A stretch of DNA of 64,000 nucleotides from Promethearchaeia archaeon (lineage in GTDB: Archaea; Asgardarchaeota; Lokiarchaeia; Sigyniarchaeales; SOKP01): the NCBI GenBank assembly GCA_029856045.1, contig JAHQWG010000028.1:192001-256000 (forward strand). The letters are read 5' to 3'. Below are positions 40,322 through 49,833 of the stretch, piece by piece; within the stretch, counting starts at the first letter, position 1; the number at the start of each line of letters is the position of its first letter. The translations under genes and the position numbers were made by a program. The notes below the pieces were generated by a model. It was not told where the DNA came from. It was given only the letters and a program-made list of their open reading frames with translations, and made no database searches.

Positions 40322-40452
40322 TAATAAGTTAAAAATTAATTTTAAATTTTTTAATTATTTTAAACGTTTAATAAATTATGTTAAATTTTAAGAGAGAACA
40401 ACAAATATTAGATATTGGTGGAATAAAGCTTGGAATTAATGTATATTTTTAA
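40322..40452 (+). pseudogene. Remnant of the mtrH upstream region and first ~19 codons at the duplication junction
   Basis: ATG 40378 gives MLNFKREQQILDIGGIKLG(INVYF*) versus MtrH MLNFKKEQQTIDIGRIKIG; the upstream ~55 nt also match 44331-44386. Confidence 0.85.
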
Positions 40453-40542
40453 AAAACTCATTTTGCTATAGATTAATCAAAAAAAAAAAGAGAAAAAAAA
40501 GAAACCTAATGTTAACGCCCTTTAAAAGTTCTAATGTAAGCC

Positions 40543-40932
40543 TTATCCTAAAAGTTCAAAAACCTTTCCTAATGCCATCATTTTTGTTAATCCACGTAAT
40601 TTTATTTTCCGAGTAATCCATTTTTTCATCAATGTTCCTGTAGATAACCCCTCACCAAAAACACCTAAAAAAATTTCCATAGGTGCTTCAAATATACCAT
40701 CTGGTTTCAAGCTTTTCAATGTTTCTTTGTCATTTTTAACGGCTTCCACGTCTATTGTACCTTTATCAATTTTTAATAAAGCGGCATATCTTTGGTCTTT
40801 AGGATTAAGTAAAATATTTAGACTTGTATCACTAAACTCTTTTTTAAACTCGTCTATATAATTTAAAGGTTTGATTTGCATCCACATTAATCCTGCAAGC
40901 CCTTTTTTTACTTTTGTTTTTGGAAACGACAT
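40543..40932 (-). CDS. SCP2 sterol/lipid-carrier-like protein (copy 2)
   Basis: Paralog of 36857..37246, about 12 of 129 aa differ by manual count. Confidence 0.6.
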   Translation of the reverse strand: MSFPKTKVKKGLAGLMWMQIKPLNYIDEFKKEFSDTSLNILLNPKDQRYAALLKIDKGTIDVEAVKNDKETLKSLKPDGIFEAPMEIFLGVFGEGLSTGTLMKKWITRKIKLRGLTKMMALGKVFELLG

Positions 40933-41033
40933 ATTAAATCATATTTAATATAAATTTAATTAATTCTTTTCATTTCAATTTGATTTTTTTTTTAATTTTT
41001 TATTTTTATTTAATTAAATCACATTGTTTTTTA

Positions 41034-42245
41034 CTAGATTGTTCCATCAGTTAATTTTTTCTTCCATTCTTTAAATGATTCACGTTTTGGTATCTTAAAT
41101 TCAATATCATCAAGATTATCAGCTATGGGTAACCGACCATAGGTATGTATAGCCGCAACTGCAGCATGAATATGGTCAGAAGGAGCGTCAGCTGGAATAT
41201 TATCTAAGAAAAAAGATAAACTATGATCTCGGCCAAGAATATCGATATAATGTTTGATAGTATCAACGATTTTTTCTACTGGACCATCTCGGAGTAACCG
41301 AGCATTAACACCAGCAGTAATAGTCACATTAATACTTTCTTCCCGAAGCTTGGCTGTATAATCTCGGACTGGTTCTAAAGGGTAGTCTTGCCAGGGACCA
41401 TAAAGTAGGAATAACATTGGCGCGCCTGTACATGCAATTCCAACATCAAAACATCCATGCAAAATTTCAGCATCAAACTTATCTAGTTGTTCTTCGCTGT
41501 AGGTACCACTGCTGCACATTATCATAACTCCCAATTTTTTGCATTTCTCCCTCAACCGCTCTGTATAAGGTACTACCCATTCTTTCATATCCTTAACTGA
41601 TAGGTTTGGAACAGACGCCCAAGCATCAGGAGCAAAAGCCATGAGGATATCAGTATAATCATTTTGTACCTTAATGTATGGTACTAATACATCATCTATA
41701 ATAAATGTAAATAGCTCATGGGCAAAATCTGGGCGCTTTTTCATATCCTTGATTAATGCTGGATAACTTCGCATTCCTACTGCCATGCTAAAGGGAGCAC
41801 AGAACGATCCTGCTACCCCTTCATAGTCTAGGCTAAGATTAATACACTCTAAAGCATAAGGTAACCGCCCATCATTATACCAGTCCACTTCCTTTTTCTT
41901 GAGTTTATGTAAGTCCTCAAGATTTTTAATTAGAGGGTCTCGAAAATCTATGGTTGGCATTGAATTTTCACCATAGATCATTTTACCCCCCATTGCCTCT
42001 ATTTCAAGATTGTAAACATCAGTGATAGGCGTACAAGAATCTAGCTGGTAATAACCTGATACATCAGCTGTGGATTCAACAAACACCTTAGCATCATGAT
42101 AGAATTTCTTGGCTGGTTCTTCAGTCAATGTCATTATGTGGTCGGGCATTTGAGCAATAACTTGAATCCAAGGCTTTTCTGGATCTATAATAAGACCAGA
42201 TAATCCCTTACTTCCTGCACCCTTTTTGGATTTTTCTTTCCCCAT
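41034..42245 (-). CDS. Uroporphyrinogen decarboxylase-fold methyltransferase (MtaA/CmuA/MtsA family), copy 2
   Basis: Diverged paralog of 37302..38510 with the same motifs. Confidence 0.85.
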   Translation of the reverse strand: MGKEKSKKGAGSKGLSGLIIDPEKPWIQVIAQMPDHIMTLTEEPAKKFYHDAKVFVESTADVSGYYQLDSCTPITDVYNLEIEAMGGKMIYGENSMPTIDFRDPLIKNLEDLHKLKKKEVDWYNDGRLPYALECINLSLDYEGVAGSFCAPFSMAVGMRSYPALIKDMKKRPDFAHELFTFIIDDVLVPYIKVQNDYTDILMAFAPDAWASVPNLSVKDMKEWVVPYTERLREKCKKLGVMIMCSSGTYSEEQLDKFDAEILHGCFDVGIACTGAPMLFLLYGPWQDYPLEPVRDYTAKLREESINVTITAGVNARLLRDGPVEKIVDTIKHYIDILGRDHSLSFFLDNIPADAPSDHIHAAVAAIHTYGRLPIADNLDDIEFKIPKRESFKEWKKKLTDGTI

Positions 42246-42246
42246 T

Positions 42247-42894
42247 TTAACTACCCTCCATCAATTTCTTAGCCTTTTCTGCAGCGTCAATGGCATTCTT
42301 GCCCCAAGCATCAGCCCCAATCTCATCTGCAAATTCCTGGGATGTAGGAACTCCACCAACCATCACCTTAACGCTGTTGCGCAGACCATTTTCTTGAAGT
42401 TTTTTGATAATGTCCTTCATATCCAACATCGTGGTTGTCATATAACAACCTAACCCTAAAATGTTAGGTTTGAGCTCCTTAACTTTTTCTATGAAGGTTG
42501 CGATTGATACGTCCTCTCCTACGTCGATAACCTCAAATCCAGCACTTCGTAACATAACTATCACTATTATCTTACCCAGGGTGTGCATATCACCAGCCAC
42601 TGTTCCAATTACTACTTTCCCCGTTGCTCCGAATTCTCCAGCAGTTAAATGAGGTTCAATGATTTCCATTGCCATCTTGAAAGCTTCGGCACTCATCACA
42701 ACATCTGGCAGAAAATATTCGTTTTTCTTCCATAATTCTCCTGCCTCTTCAATTCCCGGTATAATACCTTCATTCACTATGTTCAAAGGTTGAATATTCT
42801 GTTCGATGGCCTTTTGAGCCAAGCTTTGGGCTAAATCATCCTCACCTTCAAGAATTGCATTTTCTAATTCTTTTAAAGTATTTGTAACAGCCAT
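42247..42894 (-). CDS. Corrinoid methyl-acceptor protein, copy 2
   Basis: DMHTLGK motif; 6 of 215 aa differ from copy 1 by manual count. Confidence 0.93.
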   Translation of the reverse strand: MAVTNTLKELENAILEGEDDLAQSLAQKAIEQNIQPLNIVNEGIIPGIEEAGELWKKNEYFLPDVVMSAEAFKMAMEIIEPHLTAGEFGATGKVVIGTVAGDMHTLGKIIVIVMLRSAGFEVIDVGEDVSIATFIEKVKELKPNILGLGCYMTTTMLDMKDIIKKLQENGLRNSVKVMVGGVPTSQEFADEIGADAWGKNAIDAAEKAKKLMEGS

Positions 42895-43157
42895 ATAAAA
42901 TTCTTCCCTTTTTAGATCTACATTCTAATTTTCAATTATATGAATAAAAGAACGGATGGTTTGCTCCCATCATTTTAATTGGTCTATTATTTCTTTCAAT
43001 TTATCAGGATTTTTGGAAAATATCATAAATTCTGATAACCTAATTTCAACTTACTTTATTTATATTTTAAATTCAAATATCTTTTAGAAATAGATTAAAG
43101 TTATATTTAAATTTTTTTATGTTTATAACATTTCAACACTCTTTTATATTTTAAAAA

Positions 43158-44138
43158 ATGAATTTAAAATTGATGCCTAGAAAAAATAAAGAAAGGGAAT
43201 TGATCGAAGTATTTCAAAATTCAGGTTTAAATTACAAAGAGGCTCTAATTTATTTTACTTTAATGAAATTGGGACAAAAAGGATGTATGGTTAGGGATTT
43301 AATACACAGATTATCTATTGAAAGAACGACGATATATTCTATTCTGCGAAAGTTGATTAAATATGGATATATAAAAAAGGGTGAGAAATCTGAAACAATA
43401 AAAAAGGCAACTATTTTTATTGCAATAGAACCAGAGTCATATTTCTCTAATCTTATATTAAAAAAAGAAAGCGAAATTAACGAATTAAAAAAGATTAAAC
43501 ACAAATATTTTAGACTCTTTCAAAATATATATCAAAATGGATTAGAATATTCATACGATGAGCTTGATTCTTTTATTCAGCCCTATTTTAAGCCTTTATT
43601 AGAGAAAGGTTGGAAAGTTAGATCTTACTATGTTAAAAAAAAAGTACCAATATTTAATTACACGGTTTATGATTGTTCACTTCAATCTCCTAAAGTGAAA
43701 TATATAAAGATCAGTGCCTTTCATGTATTTATTTTTGATTATAACATTGAAAAAGACGAAAATACCTTAAAATATTTTATTAACAGACTTAAAAGACACT
43801 TTAGAGAAGAGACATTATATCATACCGATTTAAAAAAATTTGTGGTTGAAGAAGACGAAATTAAGATATTTGGAAATATTTATCCTTCATTTAATTTGAA
43901 AATAAATATTGAAGAAATAAAAAACTCAAGATTTTTTTCCACTTATTTCGAAGATATTGTTGATTTTAATAATGATAAACATAAAAACCCAAATAATTTT
44001 AGAATTGAAATAATTTCTGTATTATTTCCAATTAAAAATAAATTATTCTTTCTATTTTCGGAATCTCGAGAAACTTTAAAGGAAATGGTGGAGCCTATTT
44101 TAAAAATCGAAAGAAATGCTATTAAAAATATAGGCTAA
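43158..44138 (+). CDS. TrmB-like HTH transcriptional regulator
   Basis: GLNYKEALIYFTL...LSIERTTIYSILRKLIKYGYI...FIAIEPE. Confidence 0.75.
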   Translation: MNLKLMPRKNKERELIEVFQNSGLNYKEALIYFTLMKLGQKGCMVRDLIHRLSIERTTIYSILRKLIKYGYIKKGEKSETIKKATIFIAIEPESYFSNLILKKESEINELKKIKHKYFRLFQNIYQNGLEYSYDELDSFIQPYFKPLLEKGWKVRSYYVKKKVPIFNYTVYDCSLQSPKVKYIKISAFHVFIFDYNIEKDENTLKYFINRLKRHFREETLYHTDLKKFVVEEDEIKIFGNIYPSFNLKINIEEIKNSRFFSTYFEDIVDFNNDKHKNPNNFRIEIISVLFPIKNKLFFLFSESRETLKEMVEPILKIERNAIKNIG

Positions 44139-44386
44139 TATAATGCATATTTATATATATTTTTTTTTAAAATTAAATGCCTTCTATTTATTCTAAATTA
44201 AATTATTGAATAAAAATTATATATTTTTTTTTTGCCTTTTTTCCAAATTACCAAAATTTGATTTTTATTCTCCTTTATTTGTTATTATTACATTATAATT
44301 AAATTAAATTTAATTCGCATATTATATAGATAATAAGTTAAAAAGTAATTTTCAATTTTTCAATTATTTTAAACGTTTAAGAAATT

Positions 44387-45322
44387 ATGTTAAATTTTAA
44401 GAAAGAACAACAAACAATAGATATTGGCAGAATAAAAATTGGCGGACAAATTGGTAAATATCCCACGGTTTTAATCGGTAGTATATTTTATGAAGGAGAT
44501 AAAATAGTATCAGATGAAAATAAGGGGATTTTTGATAAAAAAAAAGCAGAAGAATTAATTTTTTTACAAAAAGAGCTTTCCGATAAGAGCGGCAATCCAT
44601 GCATGTTAGATGTAGTTGGTACTTCTGAGGCTGCTTTTCGAAAATATATTGATTTTGTTGCAAATTTAACTTCCGATCCATTTTTATTAAATGCTACATC
44701 TGCTGAGCTTAGAATAAAACTAATAAAATATATAAAAGAAATAGGTTTAACTGATAGAATAATATACAATTCAATTAACTATACGTTTTTAGAAGAAGAA
44801 GTTAACGCTATTAAAAAATATAATATTAAATCTGCACTAATACAATCATTAAATCCGACAAATTCAAGAATTATTGGTATGTTAAAATTATTGAAGGGAA
44901 AAGATGATAAGGAAGGATTGGTAGAAAAATCTTTAAGAGCTGGCCTAAAAAATATACTACTTTTTACAAATGTATTTGAAATACCAACTATAGGACTTGC
45001 CTCTAGAGGAATTTATAGGTTAAAAGAAGAATTTGGACTTCCTACTGGAACCGCACCTGTAGGTGTAATTGGTAAGTGGTGTATAAAAAATAATGTATTT
45101 AAAGGAAATTTCAAAAGTGCATGTGAATCTGCTGGAGTTGCCTTGGCACAAGCTATGGGTGCAGATTATATAATTTATGGTGCTCTAAAAAAAGCAGAAC
45201 ATATTTTTCCATCTGCAGCAATTATTGATGCAATGATTTCTTTGAACTCAAGAATTACTTTTGGACTAAGAACAATTGAGAAAAATCATCCAATTAACAA
45301 ACTATATTTCCCATTAACATAA
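44387..45322 (+). CDS. mtrH: Pterin-dependent methyltransferase, MtrH/MtgA family (stand-alone)
   Basis: FKKEQ...IGGQIGKYPTVLIGSIFY, GNPCMLDVVG, IIYNSIN, KEEFGLPTG, GADYIIYG, HPINKL; no mtrA-G nearby. Confidence 0.88.
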   Translation: MLNFKKEQQTIDIGRIKIGGQIGKYPTVLIGSIFYEGDKIVSDENKGIFDKKKAEELIFLQKELSDKSGNPCMLDVVGTSEAAFRKYIDFVANLTSDPFLLNATSAELRIKLIKYIKEIGLTDRIIYNSINYTFLEEEVNAIKKYNIKSALIQSLNPTNSRIIGMLKLLKGKDDKEGLVEKSLRAGLKNILLFTNVFEIPTIGLASRGIYRLKEEFGLPTGTAPVGVIGKWCIKNNVFKGNFKSACESAGVALAQAMGADYIIYGALKKAEHIFPSAAIIDAMISLNSRITFGLRTIEKNHPINKLYFPLT

Positions 45323-45517
45323 TAAAGTTTTAAATGATTTAAATCCCAAATTAGAAAAAAGATTAATTCTTTTTAATACTTACCTATTCTTTTTTTAATT
45401 CTTTTAATTTTTTTTCCTTATCCTTATCAATAAAGGTTTTTTGAAGAAATTCTTCTTTAATTAGTTCAATTTTTTTATATCTATTTTAAGATAAAAATTG
45501 AAAAAATAGAAAAAGAC

Positions 45518-45970
45518 TTATTCTGGAGTAATTTCATCCAAATCTGATAAATCCAACCCGGAATCCATCTCAGAGGGCATCTCTGCTAAAAATTCATCTA
45601 GTACTTCTTTTAACTCTTCCCCACTACGTTTTAAAATTAGCCTAATTAGACCAAGATTTACTTCTGGATCCGATATTAAAGTTAGAACCCCGCGCCCACA
45701 GGAGCTCGCAAATATTTTACCATTAGCGAATTCGGAAGTGACAATTTCTAAAAGCCCTAATTCAAGGTTCTTACCCTGTTCCTCAGAAGCACAAAATACT
45801 GCACTTGCAATAGCACCAATACCGTCAACATCGGTGGGGAAATACGAGAATTTTGATACACTGGCAATTGTTAAGCCCGTTCTATCGACTAGAATTACTT
45901 TTTTAATCCCACTTTCAGATTTAATTATTTTACTAAGGATTTTGTCAAAACTTTTTGTATCAAGAGAAAT
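45518..45970 (-). CDS. Roadblock/LC7 protein missed by the ORF track, probable ATT start
   Basis: Open frame (M)SLDTKSFDKILSKIIKSESGIKKVILVDRTGLTIASVSKFSYFPTDVDGIGAIASAVFCASEEQGKNLELG...VNLGLIRL...EITPE*; GGAGATG SD-like site upstream. Confidence 0.85.
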   Translation of the reverse strand: MSLDTKSFDKILSKIIKSESGIKKVILVDRTGLTIASVSKFSYFPTDVDGIGAIASAVFCASEEQGKNLELGLLEIVTSEFANGKIFASSCGRGVLTLISDPEVNLGLIRLILKRSGEELKEVLDEFLAEMPSEMDSGLDLSDLDEITPE

Positions 45971-46568
45971 TTGAATACATCTCCGAGATTTATTTCATTA
46001 ATCAAAACTAAAGGAAATTTTCTTAATAATATAAAGACAATTTATTATATAAAAATTTATTCTTATAAATGATTGAGATTTTCGCCATATTACTCATTAT
46101 AGTATAATTAGGATTTGAAAAATATTTTATTGATTCATGGAATGATATTATTTTTTGAAAACTTCACTTTTTTCCATTTTAATTTTTATTTTAATAGATA
46201 TTGGAGTTATTTACACTTATACATTTATTCTTTTTAATAATTAAATAAATTCAAATATATTTAGTGGAATTTTTAATATTCTATTTTCGCATCTTAATAA
46301 AGCCGCTAATTTTTATAATATTTGCAATAAATCCTAGGCTCTTTTTTTCCAAGTTGAGCAATCATTCTTTTCCCATAAAAGATACTATATAGAAAAATAG
46401 GTACTATCAAAAAGAATAGGTTTTCCCCCTATTCAGTTAGTCTTTATCTCGTATATATAACTATTATCAAAATTTTTCAATAAGATTGAGATTTTCTAGT
46501 GAATTAAAAAAGTTTAAATATAAATCACATTTCTTATATACTCAATTAATCATCTCAGTTGATTAGAT

Positions 46569-47216
46569 TTGAAATTACCAAGAAAATATGCTGGTTTATT
46601 AGGAATAATTGCGGGAATACAGTTTATCATTCTAACAATAATAGCAATGCTTATTTATCCTGGAGGCTACACATTCTGGGAACACTTTTTCAGCAATTTA
46701 GGTTGTGTTGAAGCGTATGAACCAGGAGGTTTAGCCAGAGGTCTGTCAAATATCCCATGCTATATAATCTTTGTAATTACATGTACAACTGCAGCAATTC
46801 TTGTAATACCCTTTGGCCTTGGATTAAATGATCTCTTTAAAGAAAGCAAAATAGAAAAATATCTAAGTACTATTGGAACTATTTTTATTATAGTAGCTGC
46901 TCCTAATCTCTCCTTATTAGCAATATTCCCAAGTGATGTTCTTAATACTCCCCACATCTTAACTACGCAATTTTTCTTCTTGTTTTATGGTATAGCTATA
47001 ATAATCTTTTCTGTAGCAATCTTATTCAATAAAAATTATGCAAATTATTACAGCTATATTGGATTTATTATAGCGACATTTCTTATATTATATACATTTG
47101 TTTTTCTCTTTAATGCTATGTTTCAAAAATTAACTGTCTATTTAACAATTTTATGGAGCGTGGTTCAGGGAATTAAGCTATGGAAAAGCGATATTAGATT
47201 AAAACAACCTTCATAA
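46569..47216 (+). CDS. DUF998-like integral membrane protein
   Basis: YPGGYTFWEHFFSNLG, AIFP.D...H, FQKL; about 6 hydrophobic segments. Confidence 0.7.
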   Translation: MKLPRKYAGLLGIIAGIQFIILTIIAMLIYPGGYTFWEHFFSNLGCVEAYEPGGLARGLSNIPCYIIFVITCTTAAILVIPFGLGLNDLFKESKIEKYLSTIGTIFIIVAAPNLSLLAIFPSDVLNTPHILTTQFFFLFYGIAIIIFSVAILFNKNYANYYSYIGFIIATFLILYTFVFLFNAMFQKLTVYLTILWSVVQGIKLWKSDIRLKQPS

Positions 47217-47222
47217 TTCCTT

Positions 47223-49187
47223 CTATGAAACCTTTGGAATTAATACAATAAAGTTACTTCCTTTTGAATAATCTCCCTGAATTCTATCCTCTACCCAAAT
47301 TTCTCCGTTATAACTTGTTATGATTTTTTTAACTAAGGACAATCCTAATCCCATACCTCTTCCCGTTATTCCTTCCTCAGTGGTTCTTCGAAAAATAACT
47401 TCTTTTCTATTATTTGGTATTCCTCTCCCGTTATCTATAAACTCAAGTTTAAGAAAATTATTTCTTTCTTTCTGTATTTCTGTAACTCTAATTAAAATTT
47501 CCACTATAGAATTATCATTATGTCTTATACAATTAATTAAGATATTTTCAAAAATATCTATCAATAATTCATTTGCTTGGACGTAGATCTGTTTAATGGT
47601 CGAATCCATTACCATATTAATTTTTCTTTCTTTGAAACCATTCTTTACATTCTCTAGGGCATTTTTTAAAACATTAAAAATTTCCGTTAATTGGGTTTTT
47701 ATATGTGTTTCTTCCAGTTTTGATAATTTTTGTACATTTAAAATTAATTTTGCACCTCTTTTAACTTGATTTTTCATAATTCTCAATATTTCATCCATTT
47801 CTTTGAATTTTTCAGGATTTTTTATGTATAAGGAAAGTAATTCTCCAGAAGATGATATATTTTGAAGAATGTTATTCATGTCGTGAGTAAATAAATCTTT
47901 GTAAAAATTAACACGATTATAGGCTTCACGATATTTTTCTTCAGATTTTTTTAAATTAAGCTCGATTTTTATACGTTCGGTAATATCCCTTGAGATTATT
48001 AACAATTTCCGATTTCCATCATCATCTCTAAACGTTATACCTTTAATATCAAACCAAATCCATTGTCCATTTTTATGTCTTATCCTTCCTTCACGCCTAA
48101 ATTCCCCAGTTATAAGTGCTTTCTTTATTAATCGGATTACTTGCCCGAGCTCATCTGGATGAATAAGCTTTCTTCCAAATTTTCCAATTAAATCTTCTTT
48201 TGAATAACCTATTAATTTTAAATGAGCAAATTCATTAATATATTCAACTTCAATTTTATCATTAAAAACCCGAATTAAATCATTCGCATTTTCCGAAATA
48301 AGACGATATTTTTCTTCAGATTCTTTTAATTTTTGTTCTGCCTTCTTGCGCTCGGTAATGTCTCTTACAACAGATATTACTGTGGGTTCTCCACCAAATT
48401 CAAATAAATGGGAATTTATCTCAACAGGTAGCTTTTTACCAGTTTTGGTTACATTTACTAATTCAAAAAGAATATATTTTTCAGAAATAAGGTTCTTCAT
48501 AAAATTAGGAGCAATTCCAAATTTTTTAGGTGTATCAATATCCCCAGGTGCTAAATTTAGAAATTCTTCTCTTGTATAGCCATATCTCTGACAAGCTATA
48601 TCATTAACTTCGAAAAATCTACTAGGACGTCCATCTTTTGTTACTCTCCAAACAAAAACGGCATCACCACCACTGTTAAATAAAATTTTATATTTTTCTT
48701 CGGATTCTTTTAATTCCTTAGTCCTTTTTTTTACCTTTTGTTCTAATATTTTTAGGTTTTCTTTGGATTCTCTTAATTTTAGTTCTTGTTCCTTTTTATC
48801 TGTAATGTTTTGAATTACACATTGTATATATGTTCCAGTATTTAACTTAAGTAAAGAAGAATTTACTTTTACCCAAATCAAATTACCATTCTTTTTAAGA
48901 AGTTGAATTTCTAATGGTTTTAGAGAATTTCCTTTATCTATTTTTTCTTTTCTTTTCTTTAATAAAGGTATTGATTCTTGAAAGTATGCATTCATCGCTA
49001 GGTAATTTATACCAATCAAATCGCTTTTTTTATATCCAAACATCTCTGTTGTCGCGGAATTGCAATCCATAATCACTCCTTGTGAGTTTAAAAGAACTAT
49101 GGAATCTGGAGAACTCTCAAATAAATGATTGTATTTTGCTTTTAAATCGAGGAAATTCTCTCTAATTATATTTTTTTCTGTTTTAAT
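47223..49187 (-). CDS. Triple-PAS sensor histidine kinase; probably starts at ATT 49187 rather than 49076
   Basis: Frame is open upstream of 49076 and supplies the PAS start YNHLFESSPDSIVLLNSQGV; H-box FTHDMNNILQ, DNGRG, GMGLGL. Confidence 0.88.
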   Translation of the reverse strand: MKTEKNIIRENFLDLKAKYNHLFESSPDSIVLLNSQGVIMDCNSATTEMFGYKKSDLIGINYLAMNAYFQESIPLLKKRKEKIDKGNSLKPLEIQLLKKNGNLIWVKVNSSLLKLNTGTYIQCVIQNITDKKEQELKLRESKENLKILEQKVKKRTKELKESEEKYKILFNSGGDAVFVWRVTKDGRPSRFFEVNDIACQRYGYTREEFLNLAPGDIDTPKKFGIAPNFMKNLISEKYILFELVNVTKTGKKLPVEINSHLFEFGGEPTVISVVRDITERKKAEQKLKESEEKYRLISENANDLIRVFNDKIEVEYINEFAHLKLIGYSKEDLIGKFGRKLIHPDELGQVIRLIKKALITGEFRREGRIRHKNGQWIWFDIKGITFRDDDGNRKLLIISRDITERIKIELNLKKSEEKYREAYNRVNFYKDLFTHDMNNILQNISSSGELLSLYIKNPEKFKEMDEILRIMKNQVKRGAKLILNVQKLSKLEETHIKTQLTEIFNVLKNALENVKNGFKERKINMVMDSTIKQIYVQANELLIDIFENILINCIRHNDNSIVEILIRVTEIQKERNNFLKLEFIDNGRGIPNNRKEVIFRRTTEEGITGRGMGLGLSLVKKIITSYNGEIWVEDRIQGDYSKGSNFIVLIPKVS

Positions 49188-49497
49188 AAAATATCACTCT
49201 CATTTAAAAAAAGTTAAAATAAATATTAAATGGATATAATTTAGACATAATTGTATTTTTATCTATTTTAATAATATTCTCATAATTAAAAATACTATGC
49301 AAAATAATTCTTGTTCTGATATATGGGAAAAGTTTCTTTATTTTCGGGAAATATTTTTTTACATTTGGATTACATAATTTGAGGGATCTAATACTATTTT
49401 TCGTTAATCAAAAATAAATAGCTGATTAAATACATCGAATTAAATAAAAATTATATAATATTTTTCATAATTTTCAATAGAGATGTTTTTTTTCTCG

Positions 49498-49833
49498 TTA
49501 AGGCCATTCAACGTGCACAATAAATCGTTTAGCCGTCGCATGATAATATTTTTCCTTGATTCCATATTTGTTGATTACAATACGGGGCTCAGCTACCAAT
49601 TCTTTAACCCGCAAATCATCCAAATGACGTTTTATAGTACCCGGGTTCATTTTCAGTTCTTTCTTCAAGTCCATAATATTTTTTTCCCCACGCATTAAAA
49701 GTTTCAAGATAGCTTGCTTTTTCTTGTGAAAGAGCACTGAAACCACTTCCGGATCTGAAATTTTGATTTCCGGGAGCAAAATTGCATTGAATTTCTCTGG
49801 AGAGAGTGAATTACTTTTTCTCATCAACCTCAC
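49498..49833 (-). CDS. ArsR-like winged-HTH regulator
   Basis: KQAILKLL..GEKNIMDLKKELKMNPGTIKRHLDDL...EKYYHATA. Confidence 0.8.
   Translation of the reverse strand: MRLMRKSNSLSPEKFNAILLPEIKISDPEVVSVLFHKKKQAILKLLMRGEKNIMDLKKELKMNPGTIKRHLDDLRVKELVAEPRIVINKYGIKEKYYHATAKRFIVHVEWP

Larger units (their letters stand above)
40434..42896. repeat. Tandem duplication copy 2 (SCP2 - methyltransferase - corrinoid protein)
   Basis: Collinear with 36761-39161. Confidence 0.9.

Noticed and set aside
42970-43050. Minus-strand peptide VEIRLSEFMIFSKNPDKLKEIIDQLK* that looks like a gene tail
   Set aside because: Too short to assign and interrupted by upstream stops
45738-45974. Plus-strand 78-aa ORF
   Set aside because: Antisense shadow of the minus-strand Roadblock gene
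46414-46434. Hairpin GAATAGG-TTTTCC-CCTATTC as an ncRNA or terminator
   Set aside because: A single 7-bp stem with no supporting context
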